This document shows, one piece after another, positions 36,100 through 46,097 of a stretch of 64,000 nucleotides of DNA. Under the pieces are notes generated by a model that made no database searches, was not told the origin of the DNA, and worked only from the letters and a program-made list of their open reading frames with translations. Location: assembly GCA_016186325.1 (NCBI GenBank), contig JACPLW010000012.1, forward strand, positions 18,644 through 82,643, given 5' to 3'. This DNA comes from Parcubacteria group bacterium. GTDB taxonomy: Bacteria; Patescibacteriota; Minisyncoccia; UBA10092. Every line of letters starts with the position of its first letter. The first letter of the stretch is position 1. The position numbers were made by a program, and so were the translations under genes.

Positions 36100-37688
36100 T
36101 ATAGTAGCCGGCCAAGGCCCTGGTTTTGTATTTTTCCTTCAGAAAAAGCCATTTTCCCGTTAATAATAACCGAATGAATTCCTCCGGAATACTGAAAAGG
36201 GTTTTCGTAAGTCGCCAGGTCTTTTACGGTCTCCGGGTTAAAAACGGTAATATCGGCAAAATACCCGTCTTTAATAACGCCGCAGTTTTTTAGGCCCATT
36301 TTAAGCGCCGGCAAAGCCGTCATTTTCTTTATCGCCTCTTCCCAGCTCAAAATGTTTTTTTCACGAACATAGCGGCCCAAAACTCTGGTAAAAGAGCCGA
36401 AAGAGCGGGGATGAAAAAGCTGATTTGATTGCGCGTCATCCAAATTGGCGGCAACGCCGTCGGAAACAATGATAGAAAACGGACTTTTTAACGATTCAAT
36501 TAAATTTTCTTCACTAAGAGAATTCCAAAAAACCATTAATCTTCCTTCCGCGGAAATCAAAAGATTAATTATCGCTTCGCAAACTCCTACGCCTTGATTC
36601 TTGGCGATATTGCCGATAGTTTTCCCGATATAAATTTTATCAATGTCTCCGGACGCGATTACAATATCTTTAAATTCATCCTTGCCCTCCATAGCTTTAG
36701 CGACGGAGGGTTGTTTCATCTCCGAAATAGCGCGAGCCCGCAGTTGTTGATTTTTTAAGTTTTCTACAAGTTTTGTTCTGCCGCCAACGGCAATCCAGTC
36801 GGGCAAAAGAGTATACAAAATGGTTGCGGTTGAAGCATACGGATAGACATCAAAATTAATATTCATCCCCGTTTCGGCCGCTTGGTGAATCTCGTCCAAG
36901 CTTTTTTTAAACAGCGGCCAATTATTTTTTCCGACAGCTTTAAAATGAGAAATCTCAAGATTTGTTTTATTTTTTCTTGCCGTTTCAATAGCCTCAACAA
37001 CACTTTCGTAAAGCTTGGCGCCTTCGTCTCTTAAATGCGTCGCGTAAATTTTTCCGGAATCTAAAATCGACAAAAGGCCGGATATTTCTTCGGACAAGAC
37101 TATCTTAGCGTGCGAATAGCTTAGTCCGGTTGAAAATCCAATCGCCCCGTCGTTTATAGAGGCCTCAAGCAGATGTTTCATTTGAGAAAATTCCTTTGAG
37201 TCCAAATCCCGAAATTCATCCTTTATAATCCCCCGCCGCAAGGTAGAATGACCAACTAAAGTACCGAAATTCAAAAGTAGTTTTCTTTTTTTTATTTCTT
37301 CAAAAAATTCACGGGTCGTCTGCCAGTTAACGTTAATTTTTTTGACATCGGCCCATTTTTGGATGCTTAAAATAATGTTGCCGGAGGTTAGCGGTGATAA
37401 AGAAGAACCGCAGTTTCCTCCGATAATCGTGGTAATCCCCTGGCGCACCAAACTTTCCGCGTTCGGATGGCTAAAAAGCGTCCAGTACCGGTCTGAGGCA
37501 TTGTTTATATCAATAAATCCGGGAGCAACAAAAAGACCGGTGGCATCAATGGTGGTTTTCGCGCTTGGCGTGCCTAAAAAACCGATTTTCTCTATCTTTC
37601 CGTCTTTTATTGCGATATCAGCATGATACGCCGGCGTCCCCACGCCATCTATCACCGTTCCGTTTTTAATTAAAATATCTAAGGCCAT
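36099..37688 (-). CDS. N-acyl-D-amino acid deacylase family amidohydrolase
   Basis: APGFID, QGITT...GNCG, HLRDE, HPR.FG.F.R, G..AD...F. Confidence 0.88.
   Translation of the reverse strand: MALDILIKNGTVIDGVGTPAYHADIAIKDGKIEKIGFLGTPSAKTTIDATGLFVAPGFIDINNASDRYWTLFSHPNAESLVRQGITTIIGGNCGSSLSPLTSGNIILSIQKWADVKKINVNWQTTREFFEEIKKRKLLLNFGTLVGHSTLRRGIIKDEFRDLDSKEFSQMKHLLEASINDGAIGFSTGLSYSHAKIVLSEEISGLLSILDSGKIYATHLRDEGAKLYESVVEAIETARKNKTNLEISHFKAVGKNNWPLFKKSLDEIHQAAETGMNINFDVYPYASTATILYTLLPDWIAVGGRTKLVENLKNQQLRARAISEMKQPSVAKAMEGKDEFKDIVIASGDIDKIYIGKTIGNIAKNQGVGVCEAIINLLISAEGRLMVFWNSLSEENLIESLKSPFSIIVSDGVAANLDDAQSNQLFHPRSFGSFTRVLGRYVREKNILSWEEAIKKMTALPALKMGLKNCGVIKDGYFADITVFNPETVKDLATYENPFQYSGGIHSVIINGKMAFSEGKIQNQGLGRLL
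36681..36710. repeat. 30-bp CTTGCC-hairpin repeat in frame (PSVAKAMEGK)
   Basis: CTTGCCCTCCATAGCTTTAGCGACGGAGGG. Confidence 0.85.
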
Positions 37689-37854
37689 TACTCATATTAT
37701 ACAACAATGATAGTCAAAAACAAAAAACCGCTAAGGAGGCGAGCAATTTTGTGGCTGTGGACAACCTATTGACTTTTTATAAGCGCTTATGCTATACTTT
37801 TTCTATTCATAAGAAGAAGCACCTCCTTGGGTTTTGTCCCTCGGCGGTGCTTTT

Positions 37855-38343
37855 TCATTTATATTCAAGCTTTTTTCGCAAATTATCCATAAATACAACT
37901 CTCTCTTTTGCTTCCTTTTTCAGTAAAGTTGAACAGGTTTTAACATACGGACTCATCACAAATCGCAATTTATTATTTTGATAAAGATGTTTTACCAGAG
38001 AATAAAAATCTCCATCACTCGAAACAATGATTGCCTGATTATAGTTTGGAAAATCAATCATGGCCTGTAAAACGAGATCGGCATCTATATTGCCCTTTAC
38101 ATTCCCATCATCGTCCGGAATAGTTGGCTTAAAAACCAATACATAGCCAGCTTTTTGCAGCTCAGAATAAAGCGGCTGATTGCCAGCCACATAACCGATA
38201 AAGTAATACGCTGTTGCTACAGAATATTTTTCCGCAAGGTATTTTCTAAAACGCCAATAATTTAATTTCCAGCCCAAGCTTTGAATACCTAGATTAAGAT
38301 TCTGACCATCTATAAACGCAAAATTGTTTTCGTCTTTTTTCAT
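37855..38343 (-). CDS. NYN/LabA (DUF88) PIN-fold ribonuclease-like protein
   Basis: FIDGQNL, KGNIDADL, SSDGDF; start reassigned to MKKDENN. Confidence 0.9.
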   Translation of the reverse strand: MKKDENNFAFIDGQNLNLGIQSLGWKLNYWRFRKYLAEKYSVATAYYFIGYVAGNQPLYSELQKAGYVLVFKPTIPDDDGNVKGNIDADLVLQAMIDFPNYNQAIIVSSDGDFYSLVKHLYQNNKLRFVMSPYVKTCSTLLKKEAKERVVFMDNLRKKLEYK

Positions 38344-38356
38344 AAATTTACCATGC

Positions 38357-38557
38357 CTAATTTTTTGTTGGCCAGTATTCAAATAATTCACCGCATTTAT
38401 TACATTCGTATTGATAAAAAACATTAGTAAATTTAGGATATTCTTGCATTAATCTTGGTCTAACTATTGCGTCTCCATTTTCAATTTTAGTAATTTCGTG
38501 AATGTTAGAACTTTTACATTTAAGATTAGGGCATTCCTTTTCATTAGTTTTTTTCAT
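38357..38557 (-). CDS. Small zinc-ribbon protein
   Basis: CP..KC.S and Y.C.KCG..F. Confidence 0.65.
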   Translation of the reverse strand: MKKTNEKECPNLKCKSSNIHEITKIENGDAIVRPRLMQEYPKFTNVFYQYECNKCGELFEYWPTKN

Positions 38558-38602
38558 AAATTTATTTTTAATAATTTAAGTTGATCATATAACTAAAAAC
38601 GA

Positions 38603-39913
38603 CTACTTATCTGACAGGTCTTCGATAGCGCCCTCTTTAATACCTCTAGCAGCCTTCACTGATTGAATTATCTTGTCCAACATAGTTTCATCCTTCCCAT
38701 AGACTTGCCCTGGGTGGCGCGCTATTACCTTTATCAGTTGAACGTCAAGTTCTTTTCTTGCTCCGGGTGAAATTGGATACGAGCCTTGTGTCTCTCTTGA
38801 AGAGAAATTTAGATACATTTTAGTTACTTGTGCTTTGTGGTTATATTCTTCAGCCAATCGTCTTTTGTGCGAGATACTTCTTTGTCCAAACCATGAGATC
38901 CACCATAAAGGTAAGCTAATAATTAGGCGGCCGTAAAAATTTAATCCACTTAGGTGACTTGCAATAATACTACTCGGATCTTGAGAACCCACTGCCCGAG
39001 CAAACCATTCAGGCTGAATAAAAATAGAGACAGAAATTAAGAGTGGCAATACAAAAAATACATAATCAAGAAGAACCATTATTATACTAATCACAAACAT
39101 TAAGATATTGGAAAAAATCGAGCCTACATTTTGGCCCAGTGTTCCATCTAATTTTTTGTATTCAGGTTCTTGTTTGTACTCTTTTTTTGATTTTAAAAAA
39201 CCTTCAACCAAAGAACCTCCAGAAGCCCCGACTAGCAACGCCTTAACATCCTTCGCCTTATTTACTATGTCGTCCTTAGTTTCTTTTAGAAATGGTGAGA
39301 TATCATTGTCGACATTAGCTCGAAAAGTTCTTATACGCTCAATATCCTTATTTAGTTTAGAAACCTTATTGTCTCCCTGCTCATCTTTAGCATATAGATC
39401 CTCATGAGATTTAATAACCTCTGCATGAGCAGACTCAATGGCTTTTGCGTACCCACCATCTTTCGTAAGATCAGAGTGGAATTTAGTAATATCCTCTATT
39501 ACTGTCTTTATTTTCTTCTCTTCTCCCTCTCCTTCTGTTCCACCAAAAAGATAAACATAAAAATCCGTAATATTATCTTGAGACTCCCGTATATCAGATT
39601 TAATAGACTCATCGCCTTCGAGTAAATCTTTATGATACTTTCGTATATCATCTAATTTTGTATTTAGTTCTGAAATCTTTGAAACACCAGATTCATTACT
39701 AACAAACAAATCACTGTATAGCTTTATAATATCTTCTAGGTGTGTTTCTACCTCGACAATAAGAGATTTCTTACCATCCTCACTTTCAAATAGCTTTTTA
39801 TAAGCTTCATTTATTTTTTTAATTTGAGATAAAGCATCTTTAACAAAGTTATCAAACTCTTTTTTACTAAAAGAATCTTCCGATTGAATATTTTGATTAT
39901 TTACATCTTCCAT
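38603..39913 (-). CDS. Coiled-coil protein with C-terminal TM helices, unknown function
   Basis: Acidic heptad-rich N-terminal ~230 aa, TMs, RLAEEYNHKA. Confidence 0.8.
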   Translation of the reverse strand: MEDVNNQNIQSEDSFSKKEFDNFVKDALSQIKKINEAYKKLFESEDGKKSLIVEVETHLEDIIKLYSDLFVSNESGVSKISELNTKLDDIRKYHKDLLEGDESIKSDIRESQDNITDFYVYLFGGTEGEGEEKKIKTVIEDITKFHSDLTKDGGYAKAIESAHAEVIKSHEDLYAKDEQGDNKVSKLNKDIERIRTFRANVDNDISPFLKETKDDIVNKAKDVKALLVGASGGSLVEGFLKSKKEYKQEPEYKKLDGTLGQNVGSIFSNILMFVISIIMVLLDYVFFVLPLLISVSIFIQPEWFARAVGSQDPSSIIASHLSGLNFYGRLIISLPLWWISWFGQRSISHKRRLAEEYNHKAQVTKMYLNFSSRETQGSYPISPGARKELDVQLIKVIARHPGQVYGKDETMLDKIIQSVKAARGIKEGAIEDLSDK

Positions 39914-40058
39914 AAATTTAATATTTTAATTCTGGCAAATATTTGGAGACTGATTTAAGACTAATTTTCCGGCTACATTTTATCTCTTTTATACTTTTTT
40001 GGCAAATTAAAAACTACCTCCGCCTGAATGGAGTCGGATTGGTAATTTGTAACTATTT

Positions 40059-40277
40059 TCATTTCGTATGTTTTTCTAGCGCTTCTCTTATAGACTCGAC
40101 TTCGTATTCTCTCTTGAACGTATCCCAACGCATATCTTTGCGCACGTTGAAATCAACGTTGTAGCGTTTCTCTAGTGTTTCTATCTTAGTATCACCGCGA
40201 ATTTTTTTAAGACGACCTCCTTGTGTCCTTGCTGCATGACCGGGCATATTTGGTGCGTTAGTATCTAGTTTTGGCAT
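40059..40277 (-). CDS. Small basic hypothetical protein
   Basis: 72-aa ORF with G.L...RGDT...TLEK.Y..DF.VR.DM pattern. Confidence 0.7.
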   Translation of the reverse strand: MPKLDTNAPNMPGHAARTQGGRLKKIRGDTKIETLEKRYNVDFNVRKDMRWDTFKREYEVESIREALEKHTK

Positions 40278-40573
40278 GATATCTTTTAATACTTAATTTT
40301 TATATTCGACCTTTAAGCAACAAAAAACGCGGCTTTCCCGCGATTCATTTCTGAAACACCACCGAACAGCGGAGCTGTCGGGAAAGTATTTTTATGTGAA
40401 TCGGGGCGATAATGATTGAGATTTAATAAATTTAAAATTTTATAAATCCCCGATTGATGGATGCCGATTTTTAGTTGTTATTTAGATTTTAACAAATGTA
40501 TTACGTATGTCAATACAATATGTGGATAACTTTCGGTTTATTTTCGGTATCAGAAGTTTTATAATTAATATAT

Positions 40574-41167
40574 ATGTTAACAAAACGCCAAAAACAAATT
40601 TTAGATTTTTATAACAAGTTTTCTAAGAAACATGAATATTCCCCTTCTCTAGAAGAAACGGCAAAACACTTTCACCTATCGTCGGTTTCTGGTATCCACC
40701 AACATATTCAGGCACTTATAGAAAAGGGATGCTTAAGTAGGCAAAAAAATAAGCCGCGAGGAATTGAAATAGAAAAATCGGAAAAGCTTGTAAAAATTCC
40801 CTTGCTTGGCACAATCGCGGCTGGTGGCCCCATTGAAGCAATTAGAAGCCCCGAGATTATAGAAGTTATGCGCAGCATGCTCTCAAGTGGCGCTAATCAC
40901 TATGCCCTAAAAGTGTTGGGAGTAAGTATGATAGAAGAAGGTATTTCTGACGGCGATATTGTGATTGTTCGTGAACAATCGGCCGTCAATGACGGTGAAA
41001 AAGCAGTTGCGTATCTTCCCGACAAAAATACGGTTACTTTAAAAAAGATTTATAGAGAGCAAAATCGTATAAAACTTGTTCCGACAAATAAAACGATGAA
41101 GCCGTTTTACGAAAAAAATATTGAAGTTCAGGGCAAGGTAGTTGGAGTTTTAAGAAAGGAAATTTAG
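40574..41167 (+). CDS. lexA: LexA repressor
   Basis: LT.RQ, wHTH, IAAG cleavage site, G.SM serine, TLKK lysine. Confidence 0.93.
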   Translation: MLTKRQKQILDFYNKFSKKHEYSPSLEETAKHFHLSSVSGIHQHIQALIEKGCLSRQKNKPRGIEIEKSEKLVKIPLLGTIAAGGPIEAIRSPEIIEVMRSMLSSGANHYALKVLGVSMIEEGISDGDIVIVREQSAVNDGEKAVAYLPDKNTVTLKKIYREQNRIKLVPTNKTMKPFYEKNIEVQGKVVGVLRKEI

Positions 41168-41179
41168 TAAAATTACATT

Positions 41180-42721
41180 ATGAGTGGAAGCAAATCAATA
41201 ATAAATAATCTGCCAATACAAGATTTTAATTTAGTGCTTGACCGCCTTGGATTAGAAAAGGCATGGTATTCAATTTTAGCGACTAACTTAAGTAAAAATA
41301 ACAGAGACGACTTAAGATACATTTTTGACGAAAAAGAATTTAGAAATAACGAAATTCAAAACTTTGATTTTATTGGAGGCCTTACCATTGGTGAAATTTC
41401 GGTACTTTATGAATATTCTCTTGCTTATACAGATCGCGACAAGCGAAAACAAGAGGGACAATATTTTACTCCGGACGACGTTGCACAAATCATGGCAAAA
41501 AAGGTCTCCTCTTTTCCAAAAAATAAATTATGGATAGACCCGTGTTCTGGTGTCGGAAATTTGTCTTATTGGCTTATTCAACATCAAGAAAATAAGGAGA
41601 ATTTTTTAAAAAATAATATATTTCTTATTGATCGTGATAAATTAGCCTTATTTATTGCGCGATTTGTTTTAACAGTTAATTTTCAGAAAAAAGATAAAAA
41701 ATTATTTAAAAATATAAAATCCCGCTTTATCGTTTCTGACTTCTTGCTTTCTGATAATATACCAAAATATGATTATGCAATTCTTAACCCGCCCTATGTA
41801 GTTGTAGAACCCGATATGCGATTTGAAACAAGTACAACAAGAGATCTTTATGCTTATTTTTTAGAAAAAGTTATAAAAACTTCTATCGGTTTTGTTTCAA
41901 TCACGCCGCAAACATTTACAAATGGTCAAAAATTTAATCCTTTAAGGAAACTACTTCTAAATAACTTCGGTGACATTAGTGTTTATTGTTTTGACAATGT
42001 ACCTGATAACATTTTTCGCGGGATCAAATTTGGTTCAAAGAATACAAACAAAGCGAATAGTACAAGAGCAGGTATTATAGTTGCAAAACAAAATGATAAG
42101 GAACAAATTTTTAGAATAACCCCACTTCTCCGATGGCGTGTTAAAGATAGACAAAAACTTCTTAACTCTGTTGATGAATTTTTGGTTCAAATTAAACCAA
42201 AGGAAGATATTTTCCCGAAACTACAAAAGAATTTATTACCTCTTTACGATTTCGCGAAGAGACAAGAAAAAGTATTGGCCCACTTTGTGTCACAACGGCC
42301 AACACAATATAAGTTGATCGTTCCATCTACGCCAAGATACTTTATCTCCGCCCTCAAAAGGTCAGTGGAGCGATCTTCGTTCAAAACACTTTATTTTTAT
42401 AGCGAACAAGAAAGAGACACTGCGTATCTATTACTAAATAGCAGTTATATGTACTGGTGGTGGCGAGTTAATGATGGAGGAATGACGATATCAGAAAGAA
42501 CATTACTGACATTACCTATCATTAATAAAATTTCAATTGATAAAAACCTTTTGTTAAAAATCGAGCAATCAGAACGAACAAATTGTGTAGTTAAAAGAAA
42601 TGCAGGTAAAGATAATGAAAATGTAAAACATGACCCGTCATTAATAAAAGAAATTAACCAATGCCTTTTCCCGCGCTTTGCAAATGCACTAGAAATGTTA
42701 CATAATAATTCTGTAATTTAA
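41180..42721 (+). CDS. N6-adenine DNA methyltransferase (gamma class)
   Basis: GQYFTP, DPCSG.GN (motif I) before NPPY (motif IV), DLY.YF. Confidence 0.9.
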   Translation: MSGSKSIINNLPIQDFNLVLDRLGLEKAWYSILATNLSKNNRDDLRYIFDEKEFRNNEIQNFDFIGGLTIGEISVLYEYSLAYTDRDKRKQEGQYFTPDDVAQIMAKKVSSFPKNKLWIDPCSGVGNLSYWLIQHQENKENFLKNNIFLIDRDKLALFIARFVLTVNFQKKDKKLFKNIKSRFIVSDFLLSDNIPKYDYAILNPPYVVVEPDMRFETSTTRDLYAYFLEKVIKTSIGFVSITPQTFTNGQKFNPLRKLLLNNFGDISVYCFDNVPDNIFRGIKFGSKNTNKANSTRAGIIVAKQNDKEQIFRITPLLRWRVKDRQKLLNSVDEFLVQIKPKEDIFPKLQKNLLPLYDFAKRQEKVLAHFVSQRPTQYKLIVPSTPRYFISALKRSVERSSFKTLYFYSEQERDTAYLLLNSSYMYWWWRVNDGGMTISERTLLTLPIINKISIDKNLLLKIEQSERTNCVVKRNAGKDNENVKHDPSLIKEINQCLFPRFANALEMLHNNSVI

Positions 42722-42726
42722 TCCTT

Positions 42727-43383
42727 ATGATCTCAAAAGGTTTAGCTATACAATTAGAAAAATTGCTTAAAAAAATACCGGCCTTTTGGGACGGCCGCAA
42801 AGCAATCCTTGAAATGAAAGGGACGGGTTATTCGCACTGGAAACAAATGGAGTGGATAGGTTTCTATTTTCAATTTCTTTGTGATACAAAATTATCTCCG
42901 TTGGTAAAAATACCCGGTCCCAAGTACAATAGAGTAGAGTTTGATGGATTTGCCGAAATACCTTGGGATTTTAAAGCACACCCGAACAAAAACGCTACTG
43001 GTCAGGAGAACAAAAGTATTATTATCAATGATCGATTGGCCACCATAAAAGCAATTAAGCAATTCGGAGAAGCCGGACTTATACTAGCAATTGGGGATGC
43101 AGAATATAATGATGAAAATAGAAGCTTCCAAATTTGGCATAAAAAATTAAAGGGTGGGTTGTCTAATTACGAGAAACAAAGAATTTTGCGTAAAGCGCCT
43201 TCACGCTTGAGAAAAACCGCCTTCAAGTTGAAAGAAATTAAATTGGTTTTGATGAATAATAATATGATTCGAAAACTAAGTTCATTTCAAGAAGGTTTTA
43301 GAAATTCTGATGGAAGCCCAAGAAACGCGAAGTTACTTTTGGACTTAGATAAGATTGTTGCTGCCAAAACAATCCGATTTTAA
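42727..43383 (+). CDS. Putative type II restriction endonuclease
   Basis: Coupled to the MTase; E...FD.....WDFKAH resembles a PD-(D/E)xK core. Confidence 0.65.
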   Translation: MISKGLAIQLEKLLKKIPAFWDGRKAILEMKGTGYSHWKQMEWIGFYFQFLCDTKLSPLVKIPGPKYNRVEFDGFAEIPWDFKAHPNKNATGQENKSIIINDRLATIKAIKQFGEAGLILAIGDAEYNDENRSFQIWHKKLKGGLSNYEKQRILRKAPSRLRKTAFKLKEIKLVLMNNNMIRKLSSFQEGFRNSDGSPRNAKLLLDLDKIVAAKTIRF

Positions 43384-43577
43384 AAAATTTTATTCTAATC
43401 TTCTTTTTCAAAATTAAGGCAAACGGAGTTTATGCAATACCTTTTTCCTTGCATTTGTACACCCCCTTTTCATGAGTATCCCAATATTTCCCGGAAAAAG
43501 GCGCTTCCGTATTATTTAAATCTTTATCTTTTTGATCGTAGGGCATTTAATCAATTAATGCATATTTTATTAAATAT

Positions 43578-43934
43578 TTATTGTCGTTTTTTATACTCTC
43601 CGAAAACGTGTACCCAGCCTTTTCTTTTGCGCTGCGTTTTTTCCGTTAATTCTCTTGTCTCGGCATCGTAGTATATGTTTTTTACTTCTTCGTCGGTTAT
43701 TGTTTCTTGAATTCGATCAAGCGCATCAACATTCACGTCATATTTTTTAACCAACTCAAAATCGCCTAAGTTTAATTGCGCCGTCTCGTTGTTATTAAGA
43801 TAGTTTACAGATATATATTCGGGGCCACTGCTATATGCTTGCGCCCAGCGACCATCAATTTTAATAATATCAAGCGTTGGCGGATATTCCGCTTTCTGTT
43901 CAGTTTCTCTTTTTATACTTTCTTCATTTTTCAT
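43578..43934 (-). CDS. Hypothetical protein
   Basis: ATG directly after the mraY stop (MKNEESIK...). Confidence 0.7.
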   Translation of the reverse strand: MKNEESIKRETEQKAEYPPTLDIIKIDGRWAQAYSSGPEYISVNYLNNNETAQLNLGDFELVKKYDVNVDALDRIQETITDEEVKNIYYDAETRELTEKTQRKRKGWVHVFGEYKKRQ

Positions 43935-43935
43935 T

Positions 43936-44964
43936 TCATTTACCAAGTAGACCGATGACAAGGCCGATGGTGGCGGTAACGGCGGAAATAATCCAAAAGC
44001 GCATTGTAACTTTTGTTTCCGGCCAGCCCATTGCCTCAAAATGGTGATGAATGGGCGTTGAAAGAAAGATTTTTTTTCCGCGGAATTTTTTTGAAATCAT
44101 CTGAACGATTACCGAACCGGATTCCAAAACAAGAATAAAAGCGATAAGCGGCAAAAGAAGCGCGGCGTTAGTAAGCATGGCAACAATGCCAAGCGTTACT
44201 CCAAGCGACATCGCACCAGTGTCCCCCATAAAAAACCGCGCCGGATGAATATTAAACCACAAAAATGCCAATAGGGCGCCCACGATAACGCCGGTAAATG
44301 CCGCCAAATCATAATGTTCTTGAGTGAAGGCTAGGGCGCCCAAAGCGGCAAAAGCGAATAAAAGAACTCCGCCCGCAAGGCCGTCCAAACCGTCGGTTTC
44401 ATTGGTAGAAAAAGCAGTGGCAACAATTATAAAAATAAAAATCGGCAAATACCAAAAGCCGACACTAAAATCCCCTAAAAATGGAATATAAAAAACATCA
44501 AAGCCAAGTTTGAAATAAAACCACCACGCGCCTATGGCCGCCACGGCAGTATAAAGAAAAATCTTATGTTTCATTGACAATCCCCCGCCCTTTGGACCTA
44601 TCCGAAAAATACCAAGTAAATCATCGGCAAATCCTAAGATTGCCGAAAAAACTAAGGCGCCTAGCGGCAAAAATGTCTGTGAACGGCTTAAAAAATTAAA
44701 ACGGTTGAAAATGCCGTCAAAAAACAAAGAAAATAACCAGAAGCCGATAGCTAAAACCAGGGTTGTCCCCCAAACCAAGATTCCACCCATAGTCGGCGTG
44801 CCTTCTTTGCTTCCATGAATTTTGGCAAAAATTGGAGCGCCCTCGGTTCTTATCTGCTTTCCAAGCCTATATTTAAACAAAAAATGCGTTAAAAGCGGAG
44901 TTAAAGAAAACGCCACCAAAAACGAAACTGAAGTTAAAATTAAAAGTCGTGTTATCTCGCTCAT
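43936..44964 (-). CDS. mraY: Phospho-N-acetylmuramoyl-pentapeptide transferase
   Basis: K.GTPTMGG, DD, N.TDGLDGLA, FMGDTG, P.HHHFE; start reassigned to MSEIT. Confidence 0.96.
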   Translation of the reverse strand: MSEITRLLILTSVSFLVAFSLTPLLTHFLFKYRLGKQIRTEGAPIFAKIHGSKEGTPTMGGILVWGTTLVLAIGFWLFSLFFDGIFNRFNFLSRSQTFLPLGALVFSAILGFADDLLGIFRIGPKGGGLSMKHKIFLYTAVAAIGAWWFYFKLGFDVFYIPFLGDFSVGFWYLPIFIFIIVATAFSTNETDGLDGLAGGVLLFAFAALGALAFTQEHYDLAAFTGVIVGALLAFLWFNIHPARFFMGDTGAMSLGVTLGIVAMLTNAALLLPLIAFILVLESGSVIVQMISKKFRGKKIFLSTPIHHHFEAMGWPETKVTMRFWIISAVTATIGLVIGLLGK

Positions 44965-44983
44965 ATGAATATTAGCATCGCAC

Positions 44984-45949
44984 TTACCAGATATATGCCT
45001 CTCGTAACCAATTAATAAGTTTTTCCGATTCGCCAAAACGATCGGGAGATCCCAAAATTACCGTTATTACATTTTCTTCACTTCCAAAGTTTAGGCTGGA
45101 AATCAAAAGCATCAGCGAGCCGCCAGCGTTGTCGGTATAGCCAGTCTTACCGGCCACTACTTCGCTTATGTGTCTCAAAAGTTCATTGGTATTTTTAAGA
45201 CGGTGTTCAATTTTTCCGTTATTAGAATAAACTACCATATTTTGGGTTTTTAAAATATCCAATATTTCCGGATAAGTATTTATTAGATAACTAAAAATTT
45301 TGGCCATATCAAGCGCGGAAGAATAATTTCCATCTTCATCTAGTCCGTCGGCATTTACAAAATTAGTATTTTTGAGGCCAAGATTGCTAGCCTTTTTATT
45401 CATCAGCAAAATGAAATCTATTCTATATTCGGCCAGCGCTGAAGCGGCATCATTTGAGGAACTAATAAGCATTATGGCTAGAAGAGATCTTACTGTTATT
45501 TCTTCGTTTAAATATAAGCCGCCTTGCGATCCTTCTCTTTTTATATTATCTTCGGAGATTTTAATTATATCGTTTAAATTGTAATTTTCCAAAACAACTA
45601 TCGCCGTCATCAGTTTAGTAAGAGAGGCAATCGGCCGCCGAACTTCCATATTTTTATTGTAATAGATTCTTAGGGCATCAGGTCTCATAGCAACAGCCGC
45701 TTCCGCTTGGATTTCTAATGCCTGTATTGACCAATTTCTTTTTGGCAAAACGTTTTCCGAATCATCAAAAACAACTAGCTTCGGCGGCGCGAAATTTGTA
45801 AATGCCAATGGCGTTCCTTTAAGCTGAAATTTCGGCCCTTCGTCAGCGGTTGTTGGCCTGTCTTTAAACGGCGCGCCAAAAACCCAAATCAAAAAAGCGA
45901 TACCCAAAACGGCAGACATTTTAAAATAAAAATTTTCAGTGGAGTCCAT
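44984..45949 (-). CDS. dacA: D-alanyl-D-alanine carboxypeptidase (S11)
   Basis: IASLTKLMT, SSND, GKTGYT..AG. Confidence 0.9.
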   Translation of the reverse strand: MDSTENFYFKMSAVLGIAFLIWVFGAPFKDRPTTADEGPKFQLKGTPLAFTNFAPPKLVVFDDSENVLPKRNWSIQALEIQAEAAVAMRPDALRIYYNKNMEVRRPIASLTKLMTAIVVLENYNLNDIIKISEDNIKREGSQGGLYLNEEITVRSLLAIMLISSSNDAASALAEYRIDFILLMNKKASNLGLKNTNFVNADGLDEDGNYSSALDMAKIFSYLINTYPEILDILKTQNMVVYSNNGKIEHRLKNTNELLRHISEVVAGKTGYTDNAGGSLMLLISSLNFGSEENVITVILGSPDRFGESEKLINWLREAYIW

Positions 45950-45987
45950 GTAGTATAAAAATAAATATAAATTATTTTCCGAAGCTT

Positions 45988-46080
45988 ATGAAAGCGTTTT
46001 AGCATGGTTCCCCCGCAACTGCGGGGAATAAAACGCTTTCATCGGACAATGAGTCCCGCGCTGGCGGGACGAGCGCGCGA
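45988..46080. repeat. Long hairpin capped by CCCCGCAACTGCGGGG, plus TCCCGC..GCGGGACGAGCG motif
   Basis: ATGAAAGCGTTTTA/TAAAACGCTTTCAT stem; second motif recurs near 47580. Confidence 0.7.
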
Positions 46081-46097
46081 GAAAAATGATTTAAATT

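Noticed and set aside
40521-40529. oriC suggested by DnaA boxes (also 37756, 54048)
   Set aside because: The boxes are isolated, not clustered, and there is no dnaA/dnaN in the window.
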